NCBI RefSeq assembly: GCF_019059575.1
Contig: NW_024881521.1
Coordinates: 665,297 to 729,296, forward strand
Length of the DNA stretch: 64,000 nucleotides
DNA from: Amphibalanus amphitrite
Taxonomy: Eukaryota
Direction of reading: 5' to 3'
Numbering within the stretch: the first letter of the stretch is position 1; each line of letters starts with the position of its first letter. The notes under the pieces are model-generated. The model was not told the origin of the DNA and did not search any database. It worked only from the letters and a program-made list of their open reading frames with translations. The position numbers and the translations under genes were made by a program. Positions 1-11,999 of this stretch are shown here, piece by piece.

Positions 1-2187
1 CGGAGTCGCTGGGAGGACGTCCCACCTTCCGCGGAGGAGTGCCGGTCACCTTCATACCGGGGCGGGTCTTCTTCCTGCGGGCACACAGGTCGCTAGGGTC
101 AGCCAAACAGAAAGTCAGACGATTTTTTTGCAACAGAAAGCAAAATGAGACGGACCTACAGACACACAAGACGTTGTGATGCATGCAGCGTGAAGCAGAA
201 ATCAACCCTCAACACAGCTTCAGAAAATCATGGTAAGTCCGATTGAATGAACTTCTTCGCTGGGAGTGGGACATGCCAAACTAACGTCACAACGCTTAAA
301 GTCATCAAGACGATATTAAAGAGAGTTGCGGCGACTCAATGGACATATAACGCGACATTTCTGGTCATTCATCGGTGAGCCAAATAGCGCGAGTAGCTGT
401 CTGGGGCTTGACTTAACCTAGTGTTTTTCGTGTTGAATGAGTCATGTTAGACAATTTGAACTGGCCAGGCGAAATGGAGAATTTGTGCGACATCAGACGA
501 CTCATGAAGCCCGTCTAGTGAAGGTGATATTAGTCCATTGCTCGTACTCTCGTGGATGTACAAATGACAATCACCGGCCATGCCATCTGCCCTAAAGATC
601 GTCAATGATTAAGTAACCAAATGTTGTGTTATGGTTATGTTCCCCGTAGTATGTCGGGCTCCCGTTCCTCAAGATTCCCGCACCTCAAAACCTGACCACA
701 GACCAATCAGCTAGTCGCAGGAACGGATGCCGACTCTCGCACTGCTGCCTTTGTTCTCCTGCCTTCATCAGGGGTGCGGAGCCGCAGCCGGAGCCGTCTG
801 AAATTTCCACGGCTCGGCATCCCTGACCTTCATACGTTCCCCGCGGATCTTCATATGGAATTTTCCGCTCATCAGGTCACCCAGTGTTTGAAGGGTGCCT
901 CTCGAGCAGCCCCCTCCCCGCCGTCCCCCAGTCGTCCTAAATCTGACTCCACCACCGGCCCGACTACGTATCAGCCGCGACAGGTGTTTGGTCGCCACGC
1001 CACAATAGCCGACACTGGCGATGGGGTGGCGCGGGGGTCGTCTCTGCCGCGGCGGGAGGCGACACACCGCGGCCATACTATCCTATGTAGACCGTCTCAT
1101 ACCGGCTTGAATACGCGGCCATGGACAGTCTTATACCGGCCCGACTACCGTTGCCCGCTTGGTGGCTCCGCCAACACACGGCCGCCACCCCTCCGTGAGG
1201 GCTCACCGTGCTTACCGAAAAAATACATATATTGCTTCAGAGACAAACTAATCTCACCATTCAAACAGGCATTAATCTCACCATATATTCAGGATCAGGT
1301 TTGCAGCATTTAAAGGATAAGGTTTAACAAACATACAAAAAAGGGTATTGGAAATACAAGGCGGCGGGCTGGTGGCGTTCAGGCCATTATATTATTTTGA
1401 GGACAAGGCCTCTGGTGTATTCCGATTAAGTTAAGCAGGCTCATTTAAAGTCAGAAACATGCGTTCACACATACAATCGAAATTACATAGAATACAACAG
1501 CACTTGAGGCGCATTCACATCAAATTAGTATGCCAGGGAAACAGGCAAGCAAGCTCGGGTTCCACGCCATTGAGCACCGGACAGTTCATACCACCACCAC
1601 CAAGTTCATTTTTTTTTTTCCGGGGAGCGCACTCGTATATACACACTCACACAAAACAACATCCAAAAACCAAACATCATAGCAGATAACCCAGCCCGAA
1701 TTAGAGCATTCCCCATCCGAACCCATAACATGCGGCATGCAGGCATGCAAAAAGTGCTCAAAATCAACGACAAGACAAACAAAAGCGTGCAACATCAGAA
1801 GCATTCAACATCAGCACCGGCCTCAGATATATTGAGCTCGGCCGAATTATAAACAATTGTCCATAAGAATTACATGAAAAATAATAAGTTTACAAGAAGC
1901 GCACTGAACACCTACTGTCACCGAAATCAGCTAATTTGTATTGCATTGCGGCATTGTACCACCCGTTTGAACTAGATCGCCAGGATACCAATAAATTTGT
2001 ACCGGTTTCCTGAGGATCACCGCGAGCCCTTCCCTGATAATATGACAACGCCTGATACCATTATCCACATCAGCAAACATATCACAACTCCCGCACCGCC
2101 ACCACCAGCCACCGAGCCGTGTTCACCGCACCCACCCCGGCCGAGCAGCCAGCGGGGCCCGGAACAGGCGGCACACAGCACACCAAC

Positions 2188-2798
2188 TCACTTGATCTCC
2201 TCCTGGAAGACGGGCAGGCAGCGCTTCATCAGCTCGCGGCCCGTCATCCAGCCCTTCTCCCAGAGGGGCAGCACGTCCGTGTCCAGGAACGTCTTGAGGA
2301 ACTCCTCCACAGAGCCCTGCCGCTTCTTGAGCATCTTGAACGAGTGGGCGCGTACCTCGATGACACGGTGCAGGTGCTCCCTGTGAGCGGAGAGCGGGGA
2401 GGTCAGAGGGGAGAAGGTGCCGATTTGAGCTGGAAATTTAATGAGACAACGAATGAGTGAATGAATGAATGAATAAATGAATGAATGAATGAATGAATGA
2501 ATGAATGAATGAATGAATGAAGCTAAAACTAAATACAGACACACCATCAAAACACTCTACACAGTTCAGCCAACTGAATACCCACCCCATCCAAACCATC
2601 CCTCCCCTGCCAGGCGCAGAATGGCCAATCAATCCAGTCGACGCACAATAGAGCCCCACTGATTACCCCCACCCTGCCCAGTCCCTTTATTTCACTCCAC
2701 CTGGTGGTATCGTTCCAGCGGAACCGTTTCCTGGGCAGGGCGGGCGGCTTGGCGTCGGGCGCGCCGGCCGGCTGCTCGGCCTTCTTCGAGTCGGGCAT
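2188..2798 (-). CDS. Two-exon gene for a ~96-aa small protein of unknown family (MPDSKKAEQPAGAPDAKPPALPRKRFRWNDTT|R|EHLHRVIEVRAH...WEKGWMTGRELMKRCLPVFQEEIK*)
   Basis: Exon 1 is 2701..2798 and exon 2 is 2188..2380, both on the minus strand. The donor is ACCAG|GTGGAG and the acceptor is CTCACAG|G. The junction is phase-consistent (AG + G = Arg). The stop TGA sits at 2188-2190. Both ORFs (2547..2798 and 2188..2550) are GC-rich. The intron holds the (AATG)n microsatellite. The product is not identified. Confidence 0.45.
2448..2521. repeat. (AATG)n / (TGAA)n microsatellite, ~18 units, one interrupting unit
   Basis: A direct read shows gaatgaatgaatgaataaatgaatgaatg... It lies inside the intron of the 2188-2798 gene. 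Confidence 0.95.
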
Positions 2799-3224
2799 CG
2801 GCAGCTCCCTGTCGGCCGGAGCGGGTCAAATACTGCACGGTATACCGGGTATGGTACGGCGAATATTAAATATACTGCAAGCAGAGCCTATCGTGGCATG
2901 CAGCTTAAATTCTAGGAATATGTGAACGAAGATCATGGGTCACATTGTGTTGCATATTGCACAGTTATGTTGAATTCATTCTCTCAAAAAAGTGGGAAGT
3001 TATATCCACTATGAGTATCAACATCAGAGCCTAGGCACTATATTGAAGATTCTTCACCAATCTTATGAGCCAAGTCTTCTGAGCTACCACACAATCTGTT
3101 GCTAGCGCTAGCTTCTATTATGAATTCTAAAGCTGACTAGTATATGAACACGTCCCCACACGCCGGCAGTATTATGTGCAACACTGAGGGCCCAAAGAAC
3201 AGCGTGCAGCCCGATTATGAACAT

Positions 3225-3292
3225 GGTGATGATGGTGATGGTGATGATGACGATGACTATGACGATGACGATGACGATGAACTGCAGCTTGC
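3225..3292. repeat. Imperfect (GATGRY)n trinucleotide-phased repeat
   Basis: The sequence reads gatgatggtgatggtgatgatgacgatgactatgacgatgacgatgacgatga. Confidence 0.8.
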
Positions 3293-4290
3293 GGAAATGT
3301 AGTTAGGGGTGACGATGGAAGTTCACTTCAGCTGAGCACAGACTGTTCGATGCATTTAATTTACTGAGTGCCACCGAGTAAGCTAGGCTGCTACAGCTAA
3401 GACAGACACTGCTTCACTTGAGAAAGCTACAGCAGCATCAGCCCAGCAGCGGCAAGGGCGGTAGTGGCAGCGGTGGCGGCGGAGGCAATCAGCGGTCCAC
3501 AGTGCCGTCGCCACTGTCACGCTCTAGCCCAGCTCGGGTCCTACCGGACCCCTCGGTGGCAGTAAAAAAGGACGGACACCGGCTGGTGGGCGTCCCGCCT
3601 CCTTCAACCTCCACCGTGCTCCGCGTGTCAGTTAGTACACAGAGTCACTCTCACATCGCCACAACCGTCACAGAGATGCAATATTGACGAACGTCCGGCA
3701 ACGCTGCAAATAAGGAATCGAGGCACCAGTCTGTCCATCGACAGAGCGGCCGCCAAAATCGAAAAACCGCGTCGAAACTCGTCGCCCAACGCCGTAGACA
3801 CTCCTGATTTTGGCTGCAAATCAAATATTGCATCTCTGAGTTGCACCCCACACCAGACACACAAACCAAAGAGGCGCCAGCAGGCAGAGTAAAGAGGAGC
3901 ACCATAACCGACCCACACCCAAGCAGCTCCACTCCCTTCCTCTCTCTGAGAGGTTCACTGCGTGTGCTCTTACCAAAATTGGTAATACAGCTCCCAGTAA
4001 TTGTTGGGGCTGCGCAGAGAATAGGCACAGCTCAGAATACGGCCTAAAAGGCGAATTTAACAACTGGACCAGCATACGGCAACGCGGCATCGCGAACAGA
4101 ACGGTTTCTGTCTTTTGACTGACGATACTGCTGTTCACATCTTATGCAACGCTCAGGTTAAATATGGAAATAACTTTACACCCATGAGAAACGGACAAAA
4201 AGTAACCTTAAACTATCGCAAAATGTAATGGGGTTTCGAAGGAAACTACGGGCAGCGTTTCATAAATTGTATCAAAAAAATGTCACTTAC

Positions 4291-4371
4291 TTGGCTTCCA
4301 TGACCTTTTTGCAGTCCTCAGCATATCTCTCCTTGAGACCGGGCATAGTTGCTGCGATGGATTCCTTCAAC
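4291..4371 (-). CDS. Candidate internal coding exon (…LKESIAATMPGLKERYAEDCKKVMEA…) of an unidentified minus-strand gene
   Basis: The acceptor is CTTTTGACAG|G and the donor is GCCAA|GTAAGT. It lies within minus ORF 4287..4685. It is 81 nt long, entering in phase 1 and leaving in phase 2. No partner exons were found. Confidence 0.3.
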
Positions 4372-5034
4372 CTGTCAAAAGAAGACATGCCAAACATCAG
4401 CATACGATTATACACAAAAGCAAGAGGCCCCGGTCTCGATATTAGGTCGTATACCAGACGGAAGGGGATATCGCGACGCGTTGACCCTGCTACCAGTTGG
4501 CATTCACGCGATAGCTGCATACTGCAACGCGGAGCAGGCATTTCCGGTGGCACCAGCGGTATAACTGTGATTAACGACCCAAGACACCACACTGCCGAGA
4601 GGTTAACAGTCGCGCAGCACATGAACGAGGCATCGGCACGGGGCACCCGGCAGCGAACCATGGTTAGACAGTAAACACTATACACCGCCTTCCGGGTTCT
4701 ATGCCGGAGTCAGCGGATATAGCGGGTCCGCTCGAAAATCTGCCATCGAGCCGTCCTTACTCAGACTGTCTAGACAATAAACCTTACCGAGCCTGGCTAA
4801 TATTTTGAACCATGAGCCGTCCCTCGCTCTGTCTAGCCACATAGCCACCTATACCCTCTCCCGTCTGACCTGTTGAGCGGCCGCCGTATGACAGTCTTCT
4901 CCTCATCCAGTACCAGCTGTTTGGCCCGTTTGATGAGTGTCTGGGTACCACAGGGCAGGTGGGCCGCCAGATGTAGGTACACCGCCTGCCGGTCGTTTCT
5001 CCGCAGCTCCTGCTGACATCGTAGCTCGATACTG

Positions 5035-5390
5035 CAGCGGAAGGGGACGGGGAGAACGGGGGTTAATACACGCGGTGATTCCAGTCCCTGATCCCTGGAT
5101 CGAACAGCATAAGATCGATACCTATGACTGGGCGGAAGGAGAAAGAGGAAACGGAGGTTTACTACACATGGCTATTCGAGTCCCTTGGTCGGACAGTATT
5201 GCGTCGATAATGAGGCCAATGGGAAAAAGGGGGAGGGAGGTGGGTTGATACACTTAGCGACCCCAGCGTCCAGCCCCTGGGTCGGTCAATACCAAGTCGA
5301 TAATGAGGCAAATGCGAAGGGAGGGGAGCGGTGAGCTAATATACTGATTCCCTGGATCGAAACAGCTCGATACATCAACGGACGGGTACA
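5035..5390. repeat. Tandem repeat, ~110-bp unit x ~3 (GATAATGAGGC-AATG-GAAGGG…TAATACAC…GATTCCC-TGGATCGAACAG)
   Basis: Three degenerate direct copies are visible by eye. Confidence 0.5.
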
Positions 5391-5575
5391 GGAATGGCCA
5401 AGGCATTGAGACGTGCTTCCGGGTCCTGTGGCACCGCATCGGTTGCTGAGCTGATATACTGGCATATGAAAGTACTGCTACATCATCACTCAACAACTGC
5501 AATTCAACATCTAAAAAGACTCAGTTTCCGAACACCAAGTCTCACCAGTCAACCTAGCTATCCCTCCCACCCGAC

Positions 5576-7370
5576 TCACTTGAGCAGCATCTTGTTGACC
5601 TCGGGCGTGAAGAACTTCATCTTTCCCTCTCCACTGCGACCGGCCAGCTCGGCGGCCGCCTTGATGGCGGTGACGAGCTGCGCCAGCTCCGGAGTCAGGT
5701 GCGGCAGGTCGTCCTCGGAGGGGCGGCGGCACCGCTCCGGCTCCGGCTCCGGCTCTCCCTCGGTTCCCTCCGGCTCGGCGCCCTCCTCCTCGTCCGAGCT
5801 GCTGCTGCTGTCGTCACCGCTGCTGTCGTCGCTGCTGCTGCTGTCGCCGCCGCTGTTACTGGACGAATTGTTGGCTGTGGGCAGAGGAGAAGTGGTCAAT
5901 TGTAATAAGGCTGGTCTTCGGGATGTTCCCAGGTGGCCCAGCAATAAAGCCGGCCGGCAATGGGCTTAGGGCTGGCTAAAAAGTCGGTCACGAAAGCGGT
6001 GTGAAAAAGGAAAAGTAAGTAGTTATGACTGAAAACTGAGCATAATTTTCAAGACATCGACTGTTGACGTTATAAAACCAGCGCTGAGTAACATTAGCCC
6101 TGCATACACTCTTGGCTGATTCAACTCACTGTTGGACGATGACGAGACCTTCCTGGCGGCGGGCGGGGGCGGCGGTGACGACCGCTCGGCACCCCCTGTC
6201 GCCGGCGACGAGCCGGCCTGGCGCGCCGCCGCCGCCACAACGTGGGCGATCGTCTCGTCCATCGAGTCGCGCGAGCCGTCATGACCGTTGGTCTGGGCGG
6301 TGCCATTCGTGGGGGCCTCCGCGGCTGGAAGGAGAGAAGATACGCGTCAGTTTATAATTCAAGTATGGATATGGTCACTGGAAGACGTGGGATGCAGACA
6401 GAGAATGAGGGAAAAGACAGGGAAGGACACATTAATCCGTCGGGAAAATCACAGAACGGGTGATTCCCTGTCGACCTGACACCTCAATTACTGCAGCAGG
6501 CAGCTTTGGAACGGGTAGCGTCCACAGCAGGAGCACGGTGACCTCATAAATCAAGGCACCGACTTTCTGACGCTCGACTACCCGCACTGCGTTATTTCGG
6601 TCCATGCCTCGCAACCTCGCAATCCCAACAACGGAAATGACCCTTTCAGTGGTGTTCGCTCAAGCAACGGCCGTTCACCTCCGCTTAAGTTGACAAAAAT
6701 AACACCAAGACGCCGCGCAGCAGACCGTACAGCCCGCCGTCTCCCCTAGCCCGACACCCACCAGCAGCTGTCCACGGCACTCCACTCCACACATTAATCA
6801 TTACATCCCAAAAAGCCCACATCTGAATCCGCGCCCACCGCGCATCATGAGTTCCAGTCCAATATAAGCGTGCCCTGACTTTAACTGGATTAGCGAGGAC
6901 ATTTGATCGTTTATGGGGTCATATAAATGGTTTACTCGATCATACTCTAGTCTCATAATCAGTACTCTAGATCATACTCGATCATGCCGAATAAAATCCA
7001 CAAATCCCAGCTTACCATTGACGGTCTCCGCCGCCGGTTCTGCCGCGGCCGCCGGTGGCTGAGCCGGGGGCGGCGTCTCGGCGGCCCGCTGCAGCTCTCT
7101 GTGCGCCTTCTTCTGCTCCAGCAGCTCCTTGACTGTCAGCGACGGCTTCTTCTTGAGCAGGCCGTCGATGGCGCGTCGTTTCTTCTTCTGTAGCAGGCTG
7201 GGGTCCTTCTTGGGCGGCCGGCCGAGCCTCTTTCGCGGCCGCTTCACACCGGGCTCCTGCTCCTCGCCAGTGGTGACGTCGTCGTCTGCGTCCGAGCTCA
7301 GCCGGCGCACCTGGCCGGGAGGGGGGGGGGGGGGAGGGGTGTCAGCATCGGCCGCTACCAACCGCGCCAT
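5576..7370 (-). CDS. Three-exon gene: AT-hook-containing, Ser/Asp/Glu-rich acidic nuclear-type protein (~282 aa)
   Basis: Exons on the minus strand are 7016..7370 (ATG at 7370), 6130..6324 and 5576..5874 (stop at 5576-5578). The donors are AATG|GTAAGC and ACA|GTGAGT. The acceptors are CTTCCAG|CC and CCCACAG|CC. All junctions are phase-1 consistent across three ORF-track frames (6972..7370, 6023..6262, 5576..5944). It has an AT-hook-like KRPRKRLGRPPKK, an acidic poly-Ser/Asp tract, and a C-terminal LTPELAQLVTAIKAAAELAG…FFTPEVNKMLLK. Confidence 0.55.
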
Positions 7371-8457
7371 TCACAGGTGTACACGCACATGCTCACCATG
7401 CAGACGGGCAGCGGCGGAAAACACACCGCCGCAGCTACAGTGCACTACGCACTGCTGTTGATAGCTTTACAACACAAAACACCCATACGCCGCTTGTGCC
7501 CGGCAGAATTAATGAAATCACAGAGTACCTAGCTTAACCCGCGCCCCAGTGGCGGTCTCAGCCAACTTCGCCCTAGTGAGGGGGGGGCATATGTTACCAC
7601 CCACCTCTAACTCAAAAACTAAGAGGGCTAGAAAGACGCGGTAAAAAGCAGTCGATAGCTCTCAATGTGTACGTTTGAAAGTATTTCAGTCATTTTTTAT
7701 CTTAGAGCAATATTGGGGTCACCAGAGGTCATCAAAGGTCAAAATCTGCCAATGGTCATTATATTTTTCAGAAAATATGCCGTTTTCTCAGGATCAATGG
7801 TAGCTAGAAAAACGCATGGAAAAGCAATCGATAGCTTTTGAACTCTTCTTTTGATAAAGTCATTATCAAAATTGACCTCAGGTCAACGGTTTAGCCTCCA
7901 GAGGGCAAAAACTCCAAAAATAGCTGTTTTTACGAAAAGTGTTTTTCGACAATAACTTTCGATTACAAAAAGCCACGACATTTTTATTGCCAGAATCGTG
8001 TTCCTCTCGCCGAGACGCGTCGAATGAACTATAATTTGACCTTGAAAGGTCAACTTGAAAATTTGACCTCAGGTCAAGGTCATGACCTGGCCGGAAAAGG
8101 TCATGTTGCATATCAATCGATGCGTCTCAACAAGACAAACACAATGAGACCATCTCCAGCGTTCTATCTCTTTCCAATCGCGAGTTATTGGCAAAAATCT
8201 GTTTGTAGCCTCAAATGACCTCGGATGACCTTTCTAGAGGCTATCAGCAAAAATGACACCTTGGTCATCACGGGTGGTCCAAATCATTGTGATTCTGAAA
8301 TATTTGGACTGTTCCTTTGCGTACACACGGATCTAGAGGCATTTTCATTTTTCTCCAATGACTTGTAATGGAAAAGTCACGCCACTGACCTGGCCTTAGG
8401 TCACAGATATAAAAAATCGGAGATATACAAATTGTAGGCGCTCATAACATCATGCAA

Positions 8458-8873
8458 TCCACCAAGTTAGAGGTGGCAAAATGTGGACCCGAGGACCCGG
8501 TCCAAAGAACCAGTCTGGACCCATATGGGTCCAGACCGGTTCCTGGAAATTTTCTGACGGGTCCAACCGGGTCCTAACATTAACTATACATCTTGCACAC
8601 TGCACATTATTGCAAAATATGAAGTGAATGAAGTGAATGTTTCTTTGCACACAGTAGCTCACGAGTATTCCCAGTGGGAAAAGGCTGTTTTACATGATGC
8701 AACTAATGATACCCACAAGTAGTTTGTATTAATTGACTTTTGGGGAACGGGTCCAACTGGTTCCGATTCCAACTAAGACCGGGTCCGACTGGTTCCAGAA
8801 ATGTCCAGCCGGGTCTGGTTCGAGTCTGGTTCCCAAAATTTTCATCTTTTGCCACCTCTACACCAAGTTTAAA
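8458..8873. mobile_element. Inner ~415-bp MITE nested in the 7534-9537 element
   Basis: The termini are ACCAAGTTAGAGGTGGCAAAA (8458-8481) and its inverted counterpart TTTTGCCACCTCTACACCAAGTT (8851-8873). Confidence 0.4.
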
Positions 8874-9113
8874 ACCTTTCTGACAAACACTGCAAGCTGG
8901 ACATGATTGCAAACTTTGTTTTAGGCTTGGTCAGTTAACTTGACCTGGTGACCTGACCTGACATGACCTGGGGTCAAAAATTTCACACATTGTCCAAAAT
9001 TGATGTACTAAAAGCTACCCCAAGCGGCGCGGCGCTATGCGCCGCGGTTTTTTATTCACACGCCAAAAACGCGACAGGGTGGTAACATATGCCCCCCCCC
9101 CCACTGGGGCGAA

Positions 9114-9532
9114 GGCCGCCCCACACTGGACCTCGCATGCGGGTTGCGAGTTTTTGGTTTTTCGGGTTTCTTTCAAATCAAATAATACAATCTAAGCTGA
9201 GTGACCCACAATACCATCTAACAAGCGAGTCTGCATGTTTTTAGCATGCGAGCCAACTTGCATCGCATTCCAAAAGTTGATTTTGAGTCAGCTTTAGATT
9301 TTCCCCGCTGCGAGGTCTGCGAGTTCTGCGAGGTTTGCGGGGTTTTCGTTGAAGTCGAATTTTGGTTGGTTGCACTGGTATTGCGAAATTTTTCTGAAGG
9401 TGTACCGGCTTCATTGCATTCATGAAGTTACCATAAGGGAACGGTCTAATCACTCTATGAATTAGTATTATGCCCTCAAACTCAAAACCCGCAAACTCGC
9501 AACCCGCATGCGAGGTCCAGTGTGGGGCGGCC
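9114..9532. mobile_element. ~420-bp foldback/MITE with a perfect 37-bp TIR (GGCCGCCCCACACTGGACCTCGCATGCGGGTTGCGAG)
   Basis: The 37-mer at 9114-9150 and its exact reverse complement ending at 9532 were read directly. It is followed by TTAA. Confidence 0.5.
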
Positions 9533-9713
9533 TTAAATCAAATCCACAAATATTAGCCAATCGAAAGTCCAGACACCACTAAATTTATTACCTGATGTTC
9601 CTGTAAAAGAACAATCAAAACACCAACAGACTGTCCCAGTGTCCAATGTCCGCTGTGTTGACCCTATACCACCTCAGGCTCCCGGAGGTGGTCCCCTTCC
9701 CGGCTCCACTGAC

Positions 9714-11098
9714 CCGTTTCCGTCTGGCGGGCGGCGGCCGGCCCGGGTCGGCGCCATCAATCAGCTCCAGCCGCAGGGCACCGCGGTTGATGTAGAACCC
9801 GCCGAACTCAGGACGCTGGTTGGACGGCAGGTCCTCCTCGTGCTGTCGAAGGAGATATTACGCAGGTCAGGTCACTAGGCCAGGTCACCCAGGTTAGGTC
9901 ACTCGGGTCAAAGCACTTCTTAGCTGTTGGCACAATAGGTTGGGTTTAATTTGACGTTATGTAAGTTTTCATACCTATGCACTTGCACTTATGTTAGGCT
10001 ATAGGCATTATAGCAGCAGAATTGCCAACTGCCCCTACAATAAGACCCATTGGCACTCTCAACCATTCGACACATAAAAATTCCGCTATGACCAATGTCA
10101 AATAAATACATCCACAGTTACAACAGCTAACTCAGTAAAATACCGAGTAGTCCACTGACCAACAGAGACTGTGTATTGGACACTAACCACGTCCGAGTTG
10201 TCGATGAAGGGGTCGTTCTCGTCGTACCCCTGGCCCAGCTCCGACACATCACGGTGCTTCTTACGCTGCATACCGTCACCGGTGCCCTGAGAAAACAGCG
10301 ATAGGAGAGGGGTCAGGTTTTGTTGAAGGAACCTGTGAAACAGCAGTGGGACGAGGGTAAGACGTCGTACTAATTTTAGGGTTTATCATTTAAAACGGAG
10401 AATATGGCATGGGGACAGCAGTTGTTTACAGGCACACCAGTGTATCAAAGCTGAGCTGTCAGGAGCACTATCAATCCAGTCGCTACGTCTGACCAGCTCC
10501 GCCTACCAGCGCGGGTAAACAGTAGTCTGGTTTTCCGTCGAGAGGTAGACACAACACAGGCCACTCAGTATCAGCTGACTGGCACCGTTCAACGATTAAA
10601 GCTACCTGGTCCGAGGTGAGGGTCGTCTACCCAAACATTTGTCCGTGCGAGTTATTTCATCGCGACATTGATCGCATGATTACGAAGGAAAAACATCCAA
10701 AACGTAATTAATATCATAGAATAGATCTGGATATTGCTGGAATAAAAGTTCCCTGATGCAGTGCGGACCCTACCTTCAAAAATAATCTTTAATATTTTGC
10801 TTCATCCGTGCTACTACTCAAAATCCAATCACATTTTTAAAGTTATCAAAAGTTGGCATGCGCTCTCCAGGAAACCGAACCAGTTGCATCACACTGTACC
10901 ATCTGTTCCATGATCTATTACGGACATACATCGCCCCAAACTGTAGGGGCTCAGACCCGGCCGTCTCCGCCGGCAGAGACTCACGTATTTCTCCTCGAAG
11001 CGTCGCGCAATCTCCTTGACATTGTCATCGCTGTCCCCGAACGGATCGTCGGGCGGGTGCACGCCGTTCGCCTTGACCTTGTGACGCACATGCTTCTC
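9714..11098 (-). CDS. Three consecutive phase-0 coding exons of an unidentified acidic (nuclear-type) protein. The gene is incomplete at both ends
   Basis: Minus-strand exons are 10985..11098 (EKHVRHKVKANGVHPPDDPFGDSDDNVKEIARRFEEKY), about 10191..10286 (GTGDGMQRKKHRDVSELGQGYDENDPFIDNSD) and 9714..9842 (HEEDLPSNQRPEFGGFYINRGALRLELIDGADPGRPPPARRKR). The acceptors are CGCGACAG|, TTTTCTCAG| and CTTCGACAG|. The donors are |GTGAGT, |GTGGTTAGT and |GTCAGT. Two exons were anchored by ORF-track arithmetic; the middle exon may be off by 1 nt. Confidence 0.45.
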
Positions 11099-11999
11099 CT
11101 GTCGCGCGAGAACGGGGGTAGGTACCGGTGATATTTAGAACAGGCAGCGGTCGCCCGGAGATGACTTCAGCACGAGGGAAGTCGTCCACCCGACATCCAG
11201 ATCATAACTGATACACTGGAGGTGAATTGTGCACCGAACAGACAATCGTTGGCAGGCACTGTTGGGCGTTAAAACATGACACTGAAGATAAAAACACCAA
11301 CAAACTGATACCGATAGGGGGTGGAAAATAACGAGAGCATTTCATTGAACTAAGAAGGCTTACCAAGGCAGTGAGAATAAACAAAAAAAAAACTATTCGG
11401 AGACCGTGTGGGAATTCCGATCAGTGAACAATGAACAAGGCATTATTAGCGAAATCCTACTAATTACATCGGCATTTAATCACCGACATTGGTTCATAAA
11501 CCAACTCCCAAGAGATAGTAATGAATGACCCTGTAGAAAAAAAGTCACTTATGGTAGCAATTGAGACGGGCGGGCGCCCCACAGTCCACACTGCACACCG
11601 ACGAACGAGGTCATATTACAATAATTAATGTAGATTGCAGGAATGAGGAACTGGACAATTGAATTAATGTTGTTATTTATGTGATAAACGGTGCACATGA
11701 AGTGTGTTGGCGGAGGTACAGCGAATAGGGAACAAGTTTGTGATCGTAGAATCCGTTCGAGAAATCTTTCAATTGGCTGAGAAGTGGTTAGATTGGCATG
11801 GAAATAAAATGCTGTTTTTAACATGAAATCCATTATCCAATTTTTACACCCACAAAAAGTCCACGCCGGTTTTCAGTCAGCACCCCCCCCCCCGCAGAAT
11901 ATCATCCGAAACCCCAGAAAGATGAGCGACGTTTGGATTCGTTCAGTAAGCACAAGTCATCTGTACTGAGCTACGACAGACACGTGTCGTTACGATGCA

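Larger units (their letters stand above)
7534..9537. mobile_element. Nested cluster of non-autonomous TIR elements (MITEs). The left end has TTAA + CCCGCGCC, the same family as 36479 and 56300
   Basis: The left terminus is TTAA-CCCGCGCCCCAGTGGCGG… at 7534. A ~45-bp subterminal inverted repeat (GGGGGGGGCATATGTTACCACC) pairs 7585-7610 with 9075-9100. The interior is rich in GACCTCAGGTCAA-type palindromic motifs and GGGTCCAAC(C/T)GG repeats. The right side is interrupted by a foldback element and ends at TTAA (9533-9536). The canonical right terminus GGCGCGGGTTAA is absent, so the element is truncated or rearranged. Confidence 0.5.

Noticed and set aside
1-79. Possible minus-strand exon (…KKTRPGMKVTGTPPRKVGRPPSDS) entered via TGTGCCCGCAG| at ~80
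   Set aside because: It is truncated by the window start and has no second boundary or partner exon. I could not support it beyond an acceptor motif and an AT-hook-like GRP.
8800-8830. GGTTCGAGTC T-loop-like motif suggesting a tRNA
   Set aside because: It lies in a run of GGGTCCAACTGG direct repeats inside the MITE cluster. No acceptor stem, D-loop or anticodon arm can be drawn.
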